DNA of 64,000 bases from Octopus sinensis. Lineage: Eukaryota. Of the stretch, positions 1 through 12,245 are shown one piece after another. Under the pieces are notes generated by a model, which searched no databases, had not been told where the DNA came from, and saw only the letters and a program-made list of their open reading frames with translations. The position numbers and the translations under genes were made by a program. Numbering within the stretch: position 1 is the first letter of the stretch; each line of letters opens with the position of its first letter. The DNA lies in NCBI RefSeq assembly GCF_006345805.1, contig NC_043002.1, positions 39,432,001 through 39,496,000 of the forward strand, written 5' to 3'.

Positions 1-110
1 ATGCAAGTATGAAAGAGTGGATGTTAAAACAATGATGATGATGATGTGTGTGTTTTTCTTCATGATTAAAATAAGCATCATTGATATATAGGAAGTTGAT
101 TTCATTAACT

Positions 111-1280
111 CATCATCATCGTTTAATGTCCGTTTTCCATGCTGGCATGGGTTGGATGGTTTGACTGGGGACTAGCAAGCCAGGAGGTCACACCAGGCCC
201 CAATCTGATCTGGCAATGTTTCTACAGCTGGATACCCTTCCTAATGCCAACCACTCCGAGAGTGTAATGGGTGCTTTTTATGTGCTACTGGCACGGGAGC
301 CAGTCAGGCGGCACTGGCATCAGTCATGTTTGGATGGTGCTTTTTATGTGCTACTGATACAGGAGCCAGTCAGGGCAGTGGGGCTGGCATCAACCACGTT
401 TGGATGGTGCTTTTTACATGCCACCGGCACAGGGAGCCAGTTAAGCGGTATTGGCAACGACCCATGCATGAATGGTGCTTATTACATGCCACCAGCACAA
501 AAGCCAGTCAAGCAGCACTGGCATTGACCACAACTACAATTTCCATTTTTGACTGTGATTTGATTTTTGATTTTACTTGACTCAATAGGTCTCCTCAACC
601 ATGGAATGTCACCCGACGATTCAAAGGTACTTTTTAAAAGGGCTGGTTATGTGACACTGGTATAAACTACAGCTGTGATCTCACTTTACTTGCCGGGTTT
701 TCTCAAACACAGCATATCTCCAGATGTCTCAGTCTGTAGTCATTGCCTTTGTGAGGCCCAACATTCAAAGGCCATGCTTCACCACCTCATCCCATGTCTT
801 TCTGGGTCTCCCTCTTCCATGGGTTCCTTCCACTGTTTCACACATCTCCCCTCATCCATATGCAGCACATGACCATACCAGTGCAGTCATCTCTCTTGCA
901 CACCACATCTGATACTTCTTATGTCCAACATTTCTCTCAGGGTGCATACACTCTGTCATGTGTGCACATTGACATCACACATCCAGCAGATCATATTAGC
1001 TTTATTTCTTTCAAGCCTATGCATACCTTCAGCAGTCATGGCCCATGTTTCACTGCCATGTAGCATAGCAGTTTGCACACATGCATCATACAATCTACCT
1101 TTCACTCTGAGCGAGAGGCCTTTGTCACCAGTAGAGGTAAGAGCTTTCTGACCTTTGAACTAGTAGCAATGCTGTCTTAACATCCATCCCCACTACAGAC
1201 TTGGTCACCTAGGTAGCGGAAGCTATCAACTACTTCTAGTTTCTTCCCCTGGCATGTGATGGAACCTGTTTTCTGAGCAT
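111..1280 (-). mobile_element. 5'-truncated RTE-clade LINE: decayed ORF2 C-terminus plus 3' UTR with internal tandem repeats and (GAT)n tail
   Basis: Minus strand reads LEVVDSFRYLGD...KGRLYDACVQTAMLHGSETW...WRYAVFEKTRQ with stops and frameshifts, contiguous with the ggcacgtaaaaagcacc-repeat UTR and the tail (catcatcatc at 111-120 on +). Confidence 0.85.
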
Positions 1281-2334
1281 CTGCAGTGTTTATTGCTCCT
1301 GTGCATCTTTTGTTTGTCCATTCGCTTGTGTGTGTGTGAGCGTGTTTCTTCCCTCCACACCATCACTTGACAACTAGTTTTGATTTGTTTATGTCCCTGT
1401 AACTTAGTGGTTCAGCAAAGAACACCCTTAGAATAAGCACCAGGCTCAAGAAATAAACACTGGTGTTGAACTCTGACTAAAACTCTTCAAAGCATTGCTC
1501 AAGCACAGAATGATGGTGGTGAGGCTGATGATGATGTAAATGATGACAACGATGATAATGCAATAAACTTGATAATAGTACATTTTTGGTGAAACCAGTT
1601 GCCATAGCTTAAATTCCTTTTTGCAGTCACTTTGTATTACTCACGTCACTAGTGTCCTTGAGAAAGACATGAATATAACGTGATCTCACTGACTTTTCCT
1701 CCTATAAAATCTGATGGTGCTTTATGTTGCTTGAAGTGGACAATATTGACTATAGAATTTTAACAGATAAATTAACATTAAAAAAAAAAAGAATTGTGAA
1801 TGTGTAGTGTGCTGAATCTGCAGACTTGCTTCCATCGATCAAACTGGAAAGTACACACTCCTCTTGTTGATGAGTTAGCTATTAAAACACAACTCAATAC
1901 TTCACACAATACTTTAAAATATATAATTTTTTTAGAATCATTTAACCCATGTTAGCTGCTCGTAATGGCAGAGAGATAATCCAACAATTTCAAAAATATA
2001 TTGCCAAACTTAAAAATTATTTCTACAGCAATGGGAGTAACTGTTATAAAGAGTAGCTGAGTTATAACCAGCGACAGATCAATGAAAAAAATACCAGCAC
2101 CATTACTAATGTTGATTTAATTGATTACATGTCCTCAATTGACACATTTCTTATGGACAATCATGTGAAAATATAAAAGTATTATAGCTGCTGTCTAAGC
2201 CAAGGTCAGTTTTGATTGAGTCAATTTATGGTATATGCTAGTAGTTAACCAAGCAACTAAGTTCAAACCTCAGATCCATTCAAGGTCAGTGATGGTGAAT
2301 CTTTCTAATCTGGTGTGTCAAGATTTTAATTTCT

Positions 2335-2590
2335 GGCATGGCTGTATGGTTAAGAAGTTTACATCCCAATGGTATGGTTTTAGTCCACTGCAAGGTACTT
2401 CGAGCAAGTATCTTCTGCTATAGCCCCAGGCCAACTAAAGCCTTGTGAGTAGATTTGGTTTGGTAGACAGAAATAGAAAGAAATCTTTTGCGTATATATG
2501 AGTGTGTGTGTATGTGTATATATATATATATATATACATATATATATCTTCTCTATCTCCTATGTATGTATGTGTGTGTGGATATATATA
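2335..2590 (+). mobile_element. tRNA-headed SINE family B, 5' half
   Basis: ggctgtatggttaagaagttt...gcaagtatcttctgctatagcc...gaaa followed by (TA/TG)n, matching the full copies at 9009 and 24575. Confidence 0.7.
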
Positions 2591-3415
2591 TATGTATACA
2601 TATATACTAGCTGACATACCCAGTAATTCCCAAGAAAGTGGGGCTTATCCCTTGGTTCTGCTCTCTAATTGTTTTGCTAAACTAATAACAACAATACAAA
2701 GTATGTAGCCCTCAAAACGGTTTTTGTGCATTTATTGAGAATACTGAACTGTGTTACACAGGATCTTGTTTTTAAGAATTCCCAATAAGTTATGCATACC
2801 CAAATTGTGAAGTCAGTTATGTAATAACATGAAATTAATTACACGATAGTAAGAATTCAAATAAATTAGCTCTGAAAAGGCTTTAATACATTCCCAGACT
2901 ATACAGAAATTAGGAGGAAATACTAAGGTATGTATACTAAAATTGTGAAGCATAAAAAGCACTGGTGTTGGTACCGCATAAAAAATACTGATGCTGGTGC
3001 TACATAAAAAGCACTGGTGTTGGTGCCATGTAAAAAGCACCTAGTACACTCAGTAAAGAGGTTGATATTAGGAAGGGTATCAGGTTGTAGAAGCTAAGCT
3101 GAAACAGACTACGAAACCTGGTGTGGTCTTTAGCCTTGCCAGCGCCTGTCAAGCCATCCAACCAATGCCAGCATGGAAAAAGTGGACGTTAAATAATGAT
3201 GATGATATACATGCATATATATATATATATATAATTTGAGTCGATTGTCTATTGCAAAACTGTCCAACCTATCATAATAAAGAAGCTTGTTTTGCAACTA
3301 TGTGGTTTCAGGTTCAGTCCCACTACTAGAACATCAGGTCAACCAAAGTGGATTTGGTAGACATCTATATGAGGTGCTTTCTCTAGATGAATACTATAGT
3401 GTAATGGTACTCTAA

Positions 3416-3647
3416 GGCGGCGAGCTGGCAGAAACGTTAGCACATCAGGCGCAATGCTTAGCGGTATTTCGTCTGCCGTTACGTTGCGAGTTCAAATTCT
3501 GCCGAGGTCGACTTTGCCTTTCATCCTTTCAGGGTCGATTAAATAAATACCAGCTACACACTGGGGTCGATATAATCGACTTAATACCTATGTTTGTCCT
3601 TGTTTGTCTCCTCTGTGTTTAGCCCCTTGTGGGTAATAAAGAAATAG
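3416..3647 (+). mobile_element. tRNA-headed SINE family C, full length
   Basis: ggcggcgagctggcagaaacgttagc...gagttcaaattc (B-box-like)...ttcatcctttcagggtcgatt...ccccttgtgggtaataaagaaatag; same family at 23179, 27433, 27749. Confidence 0.85.
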
Positions 3648-3666
3648 GTATTCTCTCAAGCCTTCC

Positions 3667-3793
3667 CTGATGAAGGAAGCTGGACTATGTGACTATTTAC
3701 TGGTTCCATACCTAAGACTTTTTTGTACATTCCATCTGCTAATTATGAACATTATGATTATTACATAATTCTGAGCTTCCAGAAACAGCTGTC
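3667..3793 (+). ncRNA. Degenerate hammerhead-ribozyme-like motif (Penelope-like element remnant)
   Basis: CTGATGA, stem II GGAAGCT/AGCTTCC around a 92-nt loop, GAAA-C-AGCT-G-TC; stem I poorly paired. Confidence 0.35.
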
Positions 3794-4483
3794 GAGTTAA
3801 AAATCCTTCCTTAGTATTCTGTATTTTTATGCTCTATGTAAACATGTCTGTATAATATGTATATATACGTACCTATCTTCTGAATATATATATGTAATTA
3901 TATAGATCTGTTGATGTGGAAGACAGTCATACAACTTCAGAAATATTCACAAACTCCTAATACATATAGTATTAGCACTTCTTTGTACAACATGCTAATA
4001 TGTTTTAACAACAGTAATGCCTCTCCTTGAAACATTTACTGATACAATGATGATGACAATGATGGTGATGATAATGATGATGATGATGGCTTTGTTGGTT
4101 GCTTTTACATGAATGGCAAAGTATAACAACAATAACAATAACAGTGGTGGCAGAGGGTGATTATAATGATGTTGGTAGCAATGATAATGGGGGTTATGTG
4201 GGTTGTCTACATTAGAAATGATATAAATGCACAGATAATTATGCATTCATCTTTCAGCTAAATTGATTGGTGAAACATCCTGATTATACAGTTTTTATGT
4301 AATCATCAGTTAATAATGGAAAATTCTGTCTTCTTCATTGATTAGTGATTAAAATTATTTCTGCTTAATTAAACGGAAGTCAATATTATATTATTGTTCT
4401 TCTGTAATAGCTTATCTTAGTTCTCTCTCTCTCTCTCTCTCTCTCCCTTTGATATTGTTTCTATTTTGATTTATCCTTTCCAG

Positions 4484-4589
4484 GAATAAAGTAGGAAATT
4501 TCAAAGGATCATTGCCTAAGCCTTTGCATTTTAAAAGGTCACTCTCCCGATTGTCACGAAGTCGTTCACCAACACACTCCAATTTGTAG
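4484..4589 (+). CDS. Candidate terminal coding exon of an unidentified convergent gene (NKVGNFKGSLPKPLHFKRSLSRLSRSRSPTHSNL*)
   Basis: Strong acceptor ttttgatttatcctttccAG at 4482-4483; only the phase-2 frame stays open, to TAG at 4587-4589. No upstream exon or homolog recognised. Confidence 0.25.
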
Positions 4590-4911
4590 CCCACAGAAAT
4601 ACCATCTCCTCTCACTTGAATGAAATGACTGGACATGGCTGGAGGCAGATAATTCAGCATGGCTGACCGGACTGGACTGAAATGAATATTCAGATTGTTT
4701 CGGTGACAGGAGGTAAACACACACTCTTACACACAAGTGCAGAAATATAAGCATAGCTGTGTGGTAAGAAGCTTGCTTTCCAACCACATGGTTGGCAATG
4801 CCTCATGTGGCACCTTGGGCAAGTGTCTTCTATGGTAGCCTCAAGCTGACCAAAGCCTTCAGTGGATTTAGTAGATGGAGACTGAAAGAAGCCTGTCATA
4901 TATATATAAAA

Positions 4912-5126
4912 AATTCATAAATAAGGGCAAACGAAGGGAGGGCTGTTATGAGCTAACCCTGAAATCGGTCCGATATGGTAATAATGGAATTTTTTAGAAA
5001 TTTCTGTCGACCTTTTTTCGAGTAGCGTGCATATTGTGAAAAAATTATATGGTTAATGGACAATATGTCCAATTTTTCGGCATATTTAGCATTAGAAATT
5101 TTTTCGTTTGCCCTTATTTATGAATT
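4912..5126. repeat. Inverted-repeat element, 24-bp perfect arms
   Basis: aattcataaataagggcaaacgaa (4912-4935) is the reverse complement of 5103-5126. Confidence 0.75.
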
Positions 5127-5229
5127 GTTTATAAATTTAACCTTTAAAGGTATTTTTTAATATGCTGGCCATTGATAAAATTTTTTTCGAAAAGAATTTT
5201 GTTTTGAAAAAAATTTTATCCTACATTAG

Positions 5230-5289
<60 letters not shown>

Positions 5290-5695
5290 GAATGGAAAAT
5301 CAATATCAATGGAAATTGTAGCTGTGATACCAGTGCCACATAAGAGAACAATCCGAACGTGGCCATTGCCAGCGCCACCCCGACTGGCCTCCGTGACGGT
5401 GGCACGTAGAAAGCACCATCCGATTGTGGTTGTTGCCAGCCTCGTCTGGCCCCTGTGCCGGTGGCACGTAAAAAGCACCATCTGATCGTGGCTGTTTGCC
5501 AGCCTCGTCTGGCACCTGTGCAGGTGGCACATAAAAAGCACCCACTACACTCACGGAAGGGCATCCAGCTGTAGAAACACTGCCAGATCAGACTGGGCCT
5601 GGCGCAGCCTACTGGCTTCCCAGACCCCAGTTGAACCGTCCAACCCTTGCTAGCATGGTAAACAGATGTTAAACGATGATGATGATGATGATGAA
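5290..5695 (+). mobile_element. RTE LINE 3' UTR fragment with tandem ~45-50-bp units and (GAT)n tail
   Basis: Repeated gtggcacgtaaaaagcacc units, then ccaacccttgctagcatgg...aaacgatgatgatg. Confidence 0.85.
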
Positions 5696-5999
5696 TATGC
5701 TTCAACACACAAACTCATATAAAGAATCTTGCAAACCAAATCCAAAAACGAAATATATATATATGTATTCATATATATTTATGTGTGTGTGTGTCTTTCT
5801 TTGTCCCACCACCATTACTTGACAACTGATGTTGGTGTGTGATTGAAACAAGTAAAAGATAATATATATATATGTGACAAAAATATAACAATATATAACA
5901 AACAAATAATGTTCAAAAATTAAAAGAAAAAATCCCACACACTTAAAAAAACATAAAAATATTTCAAAAAGAGCTTTTAATAACTACAATACAAATATA

Positions 6000-6005
6000 T
6001 TTATT
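6000..6005 (-). promoter_or_regulatory. Candidate polyadenylation signal of CENPM
   Basis: AATAAA on minus (tttatt on +) about 170 nt past the stop codon, followed by U-rich sequence. Confidence 0.45.
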
Positions 6006-6175
6006 TCTTACAAAAGTGCAATTAGAAAAAGAAAAAAATAATTATTCTACTTACATATATATAAACAAATATATATTATACTTATATACAGATTTTTTTA
6101 TCCTATTTACAATTGAAAGTCCAAAATGTTGATTCAGAAATATTTCCTTTTAAATAATATCGTATATACAAAATA

Positions 6176-6277
6176 TTAAGTCAGTGCCAATAAAAATATA
6201 CTTTGGAGATTACTTTTGAATCCTGCAGATATTTCTACAATTCGAAGAATTTGACAGGAGACATGATTAGCTCTGGT
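6176..6277 (-). CDS. CENPM: Centromere protein M, coding exon 6 (TRANHVSCQILRIVEISAGFKSNLQSIFLLALT*)
   Basis: Acceptor ttttttccttttttttacAG at 6278-6279; phase 0; TAA at 6176-6178; resembles the human C-terminus (recalled) AQRLVRVLQICAG. Confidence 0.9.
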   Translation of the reverse strand, partial: TRANHVSCQILRIVEISAGFKSNLQSIFLLALT

Positions 6278-8941
6278 CTGTAAAAAAAGGAAAAAAAACA
6301 TATATTGAGGCTGTTAGTGGTATTACTTTTAAAGGTTGTTATAATTACATCTAATATATTATCCCTTCAATTAAGTGCTTTCTCAATGGTATCACATTTA
6401 CTACCAACAAACATTGACACTTCTAGAATATGAAGACACTACTGAGATTGTAATGTCAGTAATATATTCAAATTCTGACAGTGTATTACTGAGATGTAGT
6501 AGTAGCAGTAGTAATCATAATCATTGTCATCATCATTTAACATCTGTTTTCCATGCTGGCATGGGTTGGATGGCTTGACAGGAACCGGTAGTGCTATGGG
6601 CCACACCCGGTTCCATAGTCTATTTTGGCTTGGTTTCTGCAACTGGATGCATTTCCTAATGCCAAACATTTTCCAGAGAGTACTGGGTGCTTTCTATGTG
6701 GCACGTCACAGGTGCTTTGGTGGTGACACATAAAAAACACCCAGTGCACTCTGTGGAGTGGTTGGCATTAGGAAGGGCATCCAGCCATACACTTTTAAAT
6801 GTATTACTGACATTTAACTGTGACATCAAGTAAAACACTGAAATTTGCACAGCAATAAAGGAACCTCTACATGTAAAAGAGGCACAGAGACAGAAAGAGA
6901 GCGAGAAAGAACCCTCCCTTCTCACCCTGCCTCTTCTAACATTACTATTATGGCTTAAATTCCTCAAAAAAGCATCCAAAATCATCCTATTGTCTCAGAA
7001 AAAGAATAAGGTATACTGAAAGATGTTGGCCACAGAGGGGACAGGTAGAATAGACTTGGTCAACAAGGTTCTTGATGCTGGTACTATTTCTCTTGTGTGA
7101 ACAGAAATGATTTGGCACATCTGTTTGGACACTGACACTTTAGCATAGCTGACTGGACATCCAACCTATCTTGGCAACAGTATGTCTAGGTGCTGGAGAC
7201 AAACACATGCCTGTGCATAATATACACATTCAGGAATGCCTTTTACAGCCATGCCTCCCATCCCCTCTCTCAGCCAGGGTGGGGTGAAGGTTTGTCTTAC
7301 AGGTTTGTGATTGCTGGTGCCACTTAAAAAGCACCCATTTCAGTGTCACATGTAAAGCACCCATGCTGGTGCCTGGTATAAAGCAGCTGTGCTGGTGTCA
7401 CGTAAAAAGCAGCCAGTATACTGCGTAAATTGCTTGGCACTAGGAAGGGAATCTAGCCATAGAAACCATGCCAAAACTGACAAATGGAGCCTGGCCAGTT
7501 CTTGTCAAACTATCCAACCCATTCCTGCATGGAGAATAGCTGTTTAATGATGATGATGAACCAGATCGAGTGTCATTACACATACATACAAACATAACTA
7601 GATGCTCACAGAGTGAGAGGGGGAGGAGGCATAGAATGTGAGAAACATTAAAACTTCTGATGTTGAATAACTCAGCATTGTATGGAATGCCAAAATGTCT
7701 TGTATCCTTCTGTGTGTGTGTGTATATATATTGCTTATGCCTATCTGGGTTGAATGGAAGGGAAATTTGTGTTTAAATGTAGTTGGGCTCTGAAGTTTGT
7801 ATATATGTCTGGATACAACTCCCTGTAACTTGAGCATGTCCCTAATCACATTATCCTCATTCTCTCTCTCTCTCTCTCTCTCTTCTCTCCTATTGCGAGA
7901 TGTCTATTTCTGTCCCTCTACTCACACTCCTCTTATCTGGCACAAAGTCACCTCCCTCAACACTATACCCTCCCTTATTTGAGAGGTCTTGTCTTGTTAA
8001 TTATTTGGTGACCTCACTGCTGATGGTGCCACATAAAAAGCACCCAGTCCATGTTGTAAAATGGCTGGTGTTAGGAAGGCCATCCGGCCATAAAAACCAT
8101 ACCAAAGCAGACAGTAGAGCTTGGTGCAATCTTCTGACTTCCTAGCTCCTATCAAACCATCTAACCCATTCCAATATGGAAAGTGGATGAAAATATGATG
8201 ATGATGTGTTTGGCATTGGTGTTTCATATGGTGACAGATACTGTAGAAATTCTAACTTACTATAGCAACTAATTGTGCCACTCATATGTTCAGCTGGTCT
8301 GTGTACAATTTGCTAAAACATAATGCATTATTTTATGTATTTTGTACTTTGTTGTGGAAAGATTGGGGATCCTAGTAGGATTATTATAGTCTGTGATGGC
8401 TCTACTGTATTATTTGTATGCCAAAGCTGTTGTTTCATTCAGTTGGCTAAATGTAGTACTTGCAATTGTTCGAAGTGTTATTGCAATTGTTCCTAGATGT
8501 TGTTTAGCACCAAGTCAGCTTTGATCAAAGGTGTTCTAGCCATGACCAGCTGTTTTCTTTTTTCAGACATCCATAGCATGGATGAAAGATATAGATGTTT
8601 CTAGTCTCCCTTGAAAACATGTCTGGCCAAGGGGAAATATTAGCTTGCTGGGAAACAGGAACTGGGTGAAGGATGATAACTGGAAGGACATCAGGCTGTA
8701 GAAAATCTGTCTAAACAAATTCTGCCTGACCCATACACACATGAAAAAGTTGACAACTAACAAAGGTTTGATACATTCCCTTAGCTTAGCAGTTTGACGG
8801 AAAGTAATTTAATTTCTGGGATTGATTTGATAAGCTAAACTCTTCAAAATAATGCAAAAGGATAAAAGAATACTTAAGGATATGGTAATGAACATCAGTA
8901 AGAAAATGTTTCCATTTACAGATTTAAAAAAAAAAAGTTCA

Positions 8942-9180
8942 AATCCTTAGCATTTAATCTGGCCATCTCCCACCCAAATATTCTACCAGTTTTAAGTTAA
9001 GATTAACCAGGCGTAGGAGTGGCTGTGTGGTAAGTAGCTTGCTTACCAACCACATGGTTCTGGGTTCAGTCTCATTGCGTAGCACCTTGGGCAAGTATCT
9101 TCTACTATAGCCTCGGGCTGACCATAGCCTTGTGAGTGGATTTGGTAGATGGAAACTGGAAGAAGCCCGTCGTATGTATG

Positions 9181-9211
<31 letters not shown>

Positions 9212-9563
9212 CTTTGTTTGTCCCCCAACATCGCTTGACAACCGATGCTGGTGTGTTTACGTCCCCATAACTTAGCTGTTCGGCTAAAGAGTCCGATAGA
9301 ATAAGTACTAGGCTTACAAAGAATAAGTCCTGGGGTCGATTTCTTCGACTAAAGGCAGTGCTCCAGCATGGCCACAGTCAAATGACTGAAATAAGTAAAA
9401 GAGTAAAAGATCCAACATCTCACACCGACCCTACAATGTCACTCTAAAAATGTACAAACACACCAATGAAACCTTGGAGCTACAAAATGTGTGATTAATT
9501 CACAACAATGTGAATAAATAGGAAATGCATTTGACAATGAAATCTGAATGTTAAAAGGGTTAA
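8942..9563. mobile_element. TTAA-type MITE interrupted by a SINE B copy
   Basis: Halves at 8942-9008 and 9411-9563 match the reverse complement of the MITE at 17018-17208; ends aaagggTTAA. Confidence 0.6.
9009..9410 (+). mobile_element. SINE family B, full length, with internal (TA)n(TG)n
   Basis: A-box-like tggctgtgtgg, B-box-like ggttcagtc, CORE-like caccttgggcaagt, tail gactgaaataagtaaaagagtaaaaga. Possibly one of the described octopus OK/OR SINEs; name not assigned. Confidence 0.85.
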
Positions 9564-9617
9564 ATAAGTATATAAAGGAAGATGAACGTAATAAATTGTT
9601 TAAAAATATGCACTTAC

Positions 9618-9709
9618 CTCGATATTTCCATAAATTATTATTAAGTTATACATCTTTGCAATATCTTTAATGGATTCAATTTCAATGGTAGACAGCTTCG
9701 GATGATTAT
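9618..9709 (-). CDS. CENPM: Centromere protein M, coding exon 5 (DNHPKLSTIEIESIKDIAKMYNLIIIYGNIE)
   Basis: Acceptor cttttttttttcaatttacatcAG, donor GAG/GTAAGT, 92 nt, phase 1 to 0. Confidence 0.92.
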
Positions 9710-11696
9710 CTGATGTAAATTGAAAAAAAAAAGAAGGATTTTTTTTATTGAAACATCACAGAAGTTGTGAGTACACAAATAAGCTATCAAAATTGATAGT
9801 TACAAAGGCTAAGCTATCAGTATTTATTACTGAAATTCCTGGAATTAACGGAGAGGCATGACTGTTGTGGATACGGAGTTTGCATCGCAACCACATAGTT
9901 TTGAGTTCTAGCCCACTGCATGGAACCTTGGACAAGTATCTTCAGTACTTTTTGTTTATCTTCCCCCGTTTTACAAGATATATTTGTACTTTTGGTTATC
10001 TCCTTCAATTAAAAAAATTGTTTAACCCTCAATAAAACGAAAAAAAAAATGAAAAAAGTTAATAAACATGAAATGTGAAAAGATGAAACATCGTTTTGAA
10101 TCTGATAATATTTTTATAACAAATCATACCATGTCTATTGAGGAGGCCAAACGTCAACAATGTGTTGAAGTACTGAATCAAAACGATTTAACTCTTTTAA
10201 TCCAAACTCTTAACTTGAATTTTTAGTGGGGAGATAACCCAATTTTTTAATGGGGATGAGAAAACTAAAAAAGTACTGTATCTTCCACTGTAGCCTTAGA
10301 ACAATCAATGTCTTGTGAGTGAAATTGGTACACAGAAACTGTATGGAAACCCATTGTATCAGTTATTGTTTAATGACCCTTTTTCCATGCTGACATGGGT
10401 GGGATGGTTCAACAGGAACTGATGAACAAGAAGGCTGTGCTGAGCTTCAATGGCTGTTATGGCATGGTTTCTACAGCTGCATGCCCTTCCTAATGCCAAA
10501 CACTTCACAAAGTTGTACTATGTTCTTTTTTCATGGAACCAGCACTGGAAAGGTCACCAAGTACTTGCAAAAAAAGTCCCCTCAACTGAGGTGGAGCATA
10601 GTCCCATGGAATATGAAGGTACAGGAGCAGGTGTCTTGCTGAAGAGGTGAATACGAGAGACAAAGAGAATAGGGACGGATGGAGAGATAAGTGGGTAAAT
10701 AAGTAAGCGTGCTACACATATATACCTATATATATATGTATATATGTATGTATATTGACAAACAGTGTTGGTGTGTTTACACCTTTGTAGCATAGCGATT
10801 TAGCAAAAGAGACCAACAGAATATACCAAGCTTAAAAAAAAAATCAATTTGTTTGATTAAAACAATTCCGGAGTATATTGAACTTATTCTGTACATGACA
10901 TTAGGCCCACCCTGTATGTATGTATGCATGTATGTATATATACATAAACACACATACACATATATATAAAATCATCATCTCCATTTTATGTTTGCTTTCC
11001 ATGCTGACATGAGTTGGATGGATTGCCACAGTCCAAGTAAGCAATTTTCCATTGAGAGCCACAGCCCCCATAAAACTGGTGCTTGTAGGCATTATCATTT
11101 GGTTTAGTTTCTATAGCTAGATGACCTTTTTGTTGCCAACTACTTTACTGGGTGTCTCAAATGCATTTCATTGAGGCACAGCTGCTAGGGAGATTAAATA
11201 ACATATCATCATCTTCATTATCAATATTTTAATGTCCATATTTCCATGTGTGTATCGGTCAGACAGAATTTGCTTAGGCAGATTTTCTACAGCCAGATGC
11301 TCTTCTTGTCATCAACCCTCACCTATTTCCCAGCAAGGTCATATTTCCTCCTGGGCCAGACTTGGTTTCAAAGAAAACTAGTAAAAAATGTCACCATTTG
11401 TATGACAGTGAAGCTTACTTACAATTGTCATCTGATGTCAAGACAGGAGACACATGTACTGGCAAGTTTATTTTGGTTTCCATGTATCACATGCACTTAT
11501 GAGACTTTAATTGACTTAGGGCTATAGAAGAAGACACTTGCTCATGGTGTCATGCAATGAGACTGATCCCTAAACCATCTGGTTGGAAAGCGAACTTCTT
11601 ACCCCAACACAGCCATACCTACATACACACACATTGATATCGAACAATCAGAATGAGTGCTCAACACTGTATTGGTGGATAAAAACTCTTTATTTA

Positions 11697-11857
11697 TGGG
11701 TTAAGACTACCATTGGTTTCATGTTAAGAGAAAAATCCCTTAATGATTATCAAGCTTCCACTTGTTGGATTAATCCAAGATGAGCACTGATGTTCCATGT
11801 GGCAGACTTGATAATTAAGGGATTTCTTAACATGAAACCAATGGTAGCCTTAACCCA
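11697..11857. mobile_element. Hairpin MITE with TA flanks (Tc1/mariner-type)
   Basis: tgggttaagactaccattggtttcatgttaag... is nearly the reverse complement of ...cttaacatgaaaccaatggtagccttaaccca; arms about 60 bp, TA on both sides. Confidence 0.75.
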
Positions 11858-12045
11858 TATACATACACACACACACATATAGTTGAAAAAAGGTTAAAAA
11901 TACATATAAACCAAAGATTGTGGGTAAAAAATAAAAGTAGAAACAGCATGGAAGTAAAGATTCCTTTTACTTTTTTCTTCAATAGGACAGGATAAGTATT
12001 TTTATATCTGTTAAATTAATTAAATTAATTGCCAGCTCTGTCTGG

Positions 12046-12245
12046 CACCTGTGCGGGTGGCACGTAAAAAGCACCCACTACACTCACGGAGTGGTTGGCA
12101 TTAGGAAGGGCATCCAGCCGTAAAAACACTGCCAGATTTGACTGGGCCTGAGGAAGCCTTCTGGCTTCACAGACCCCAGTAGAACCGTCCAACCCATGCT
12201 AGCATGGAAAACGGACGCTAAACGATGATGATGATGATGATGATG
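12046..12245 (+). mobile_element. RTE LINE 3' tail, young subfamily
   Basis: Near-identical to 24262-24475; (GAT)n tail. Confidence 0.85.

Noticed and set aside
1952-2108. Minus-strand hydrophobic frame NGAGIFFIDLSLVITQLLFITV... as a membrane-protein exon
   Set aside because: Weak acceptor, no linking exon, and T-rich DNA gives hydrophobic frames by chance.
4412-4720. 102-aa minus ORF as a further CENPM exon
   Set aside because: CENPM already terminates at 6176, phases do not join, and the frame runs into a (GA)n tract.
5330-5545. ~45-50-bp repeated units resembling a CRISPR array
   Set aside because: Eukaryotic context, whole units are homologous with no unique spacers, embedded in a LINE UTR, no cas genes.
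216-5708. ORFs such as 216-527, 5162-5485 and 5226-5708 with GAFYV repeats as genes
   Set aside because: They are translations of the RTE 3' UTR tandem units, open in several frames and recurring at every copy.
9009-9090. tRNA genes at SINE heads
   Set aside because: No complete cloverleaf; the heads continue into repeated SINE bodies.
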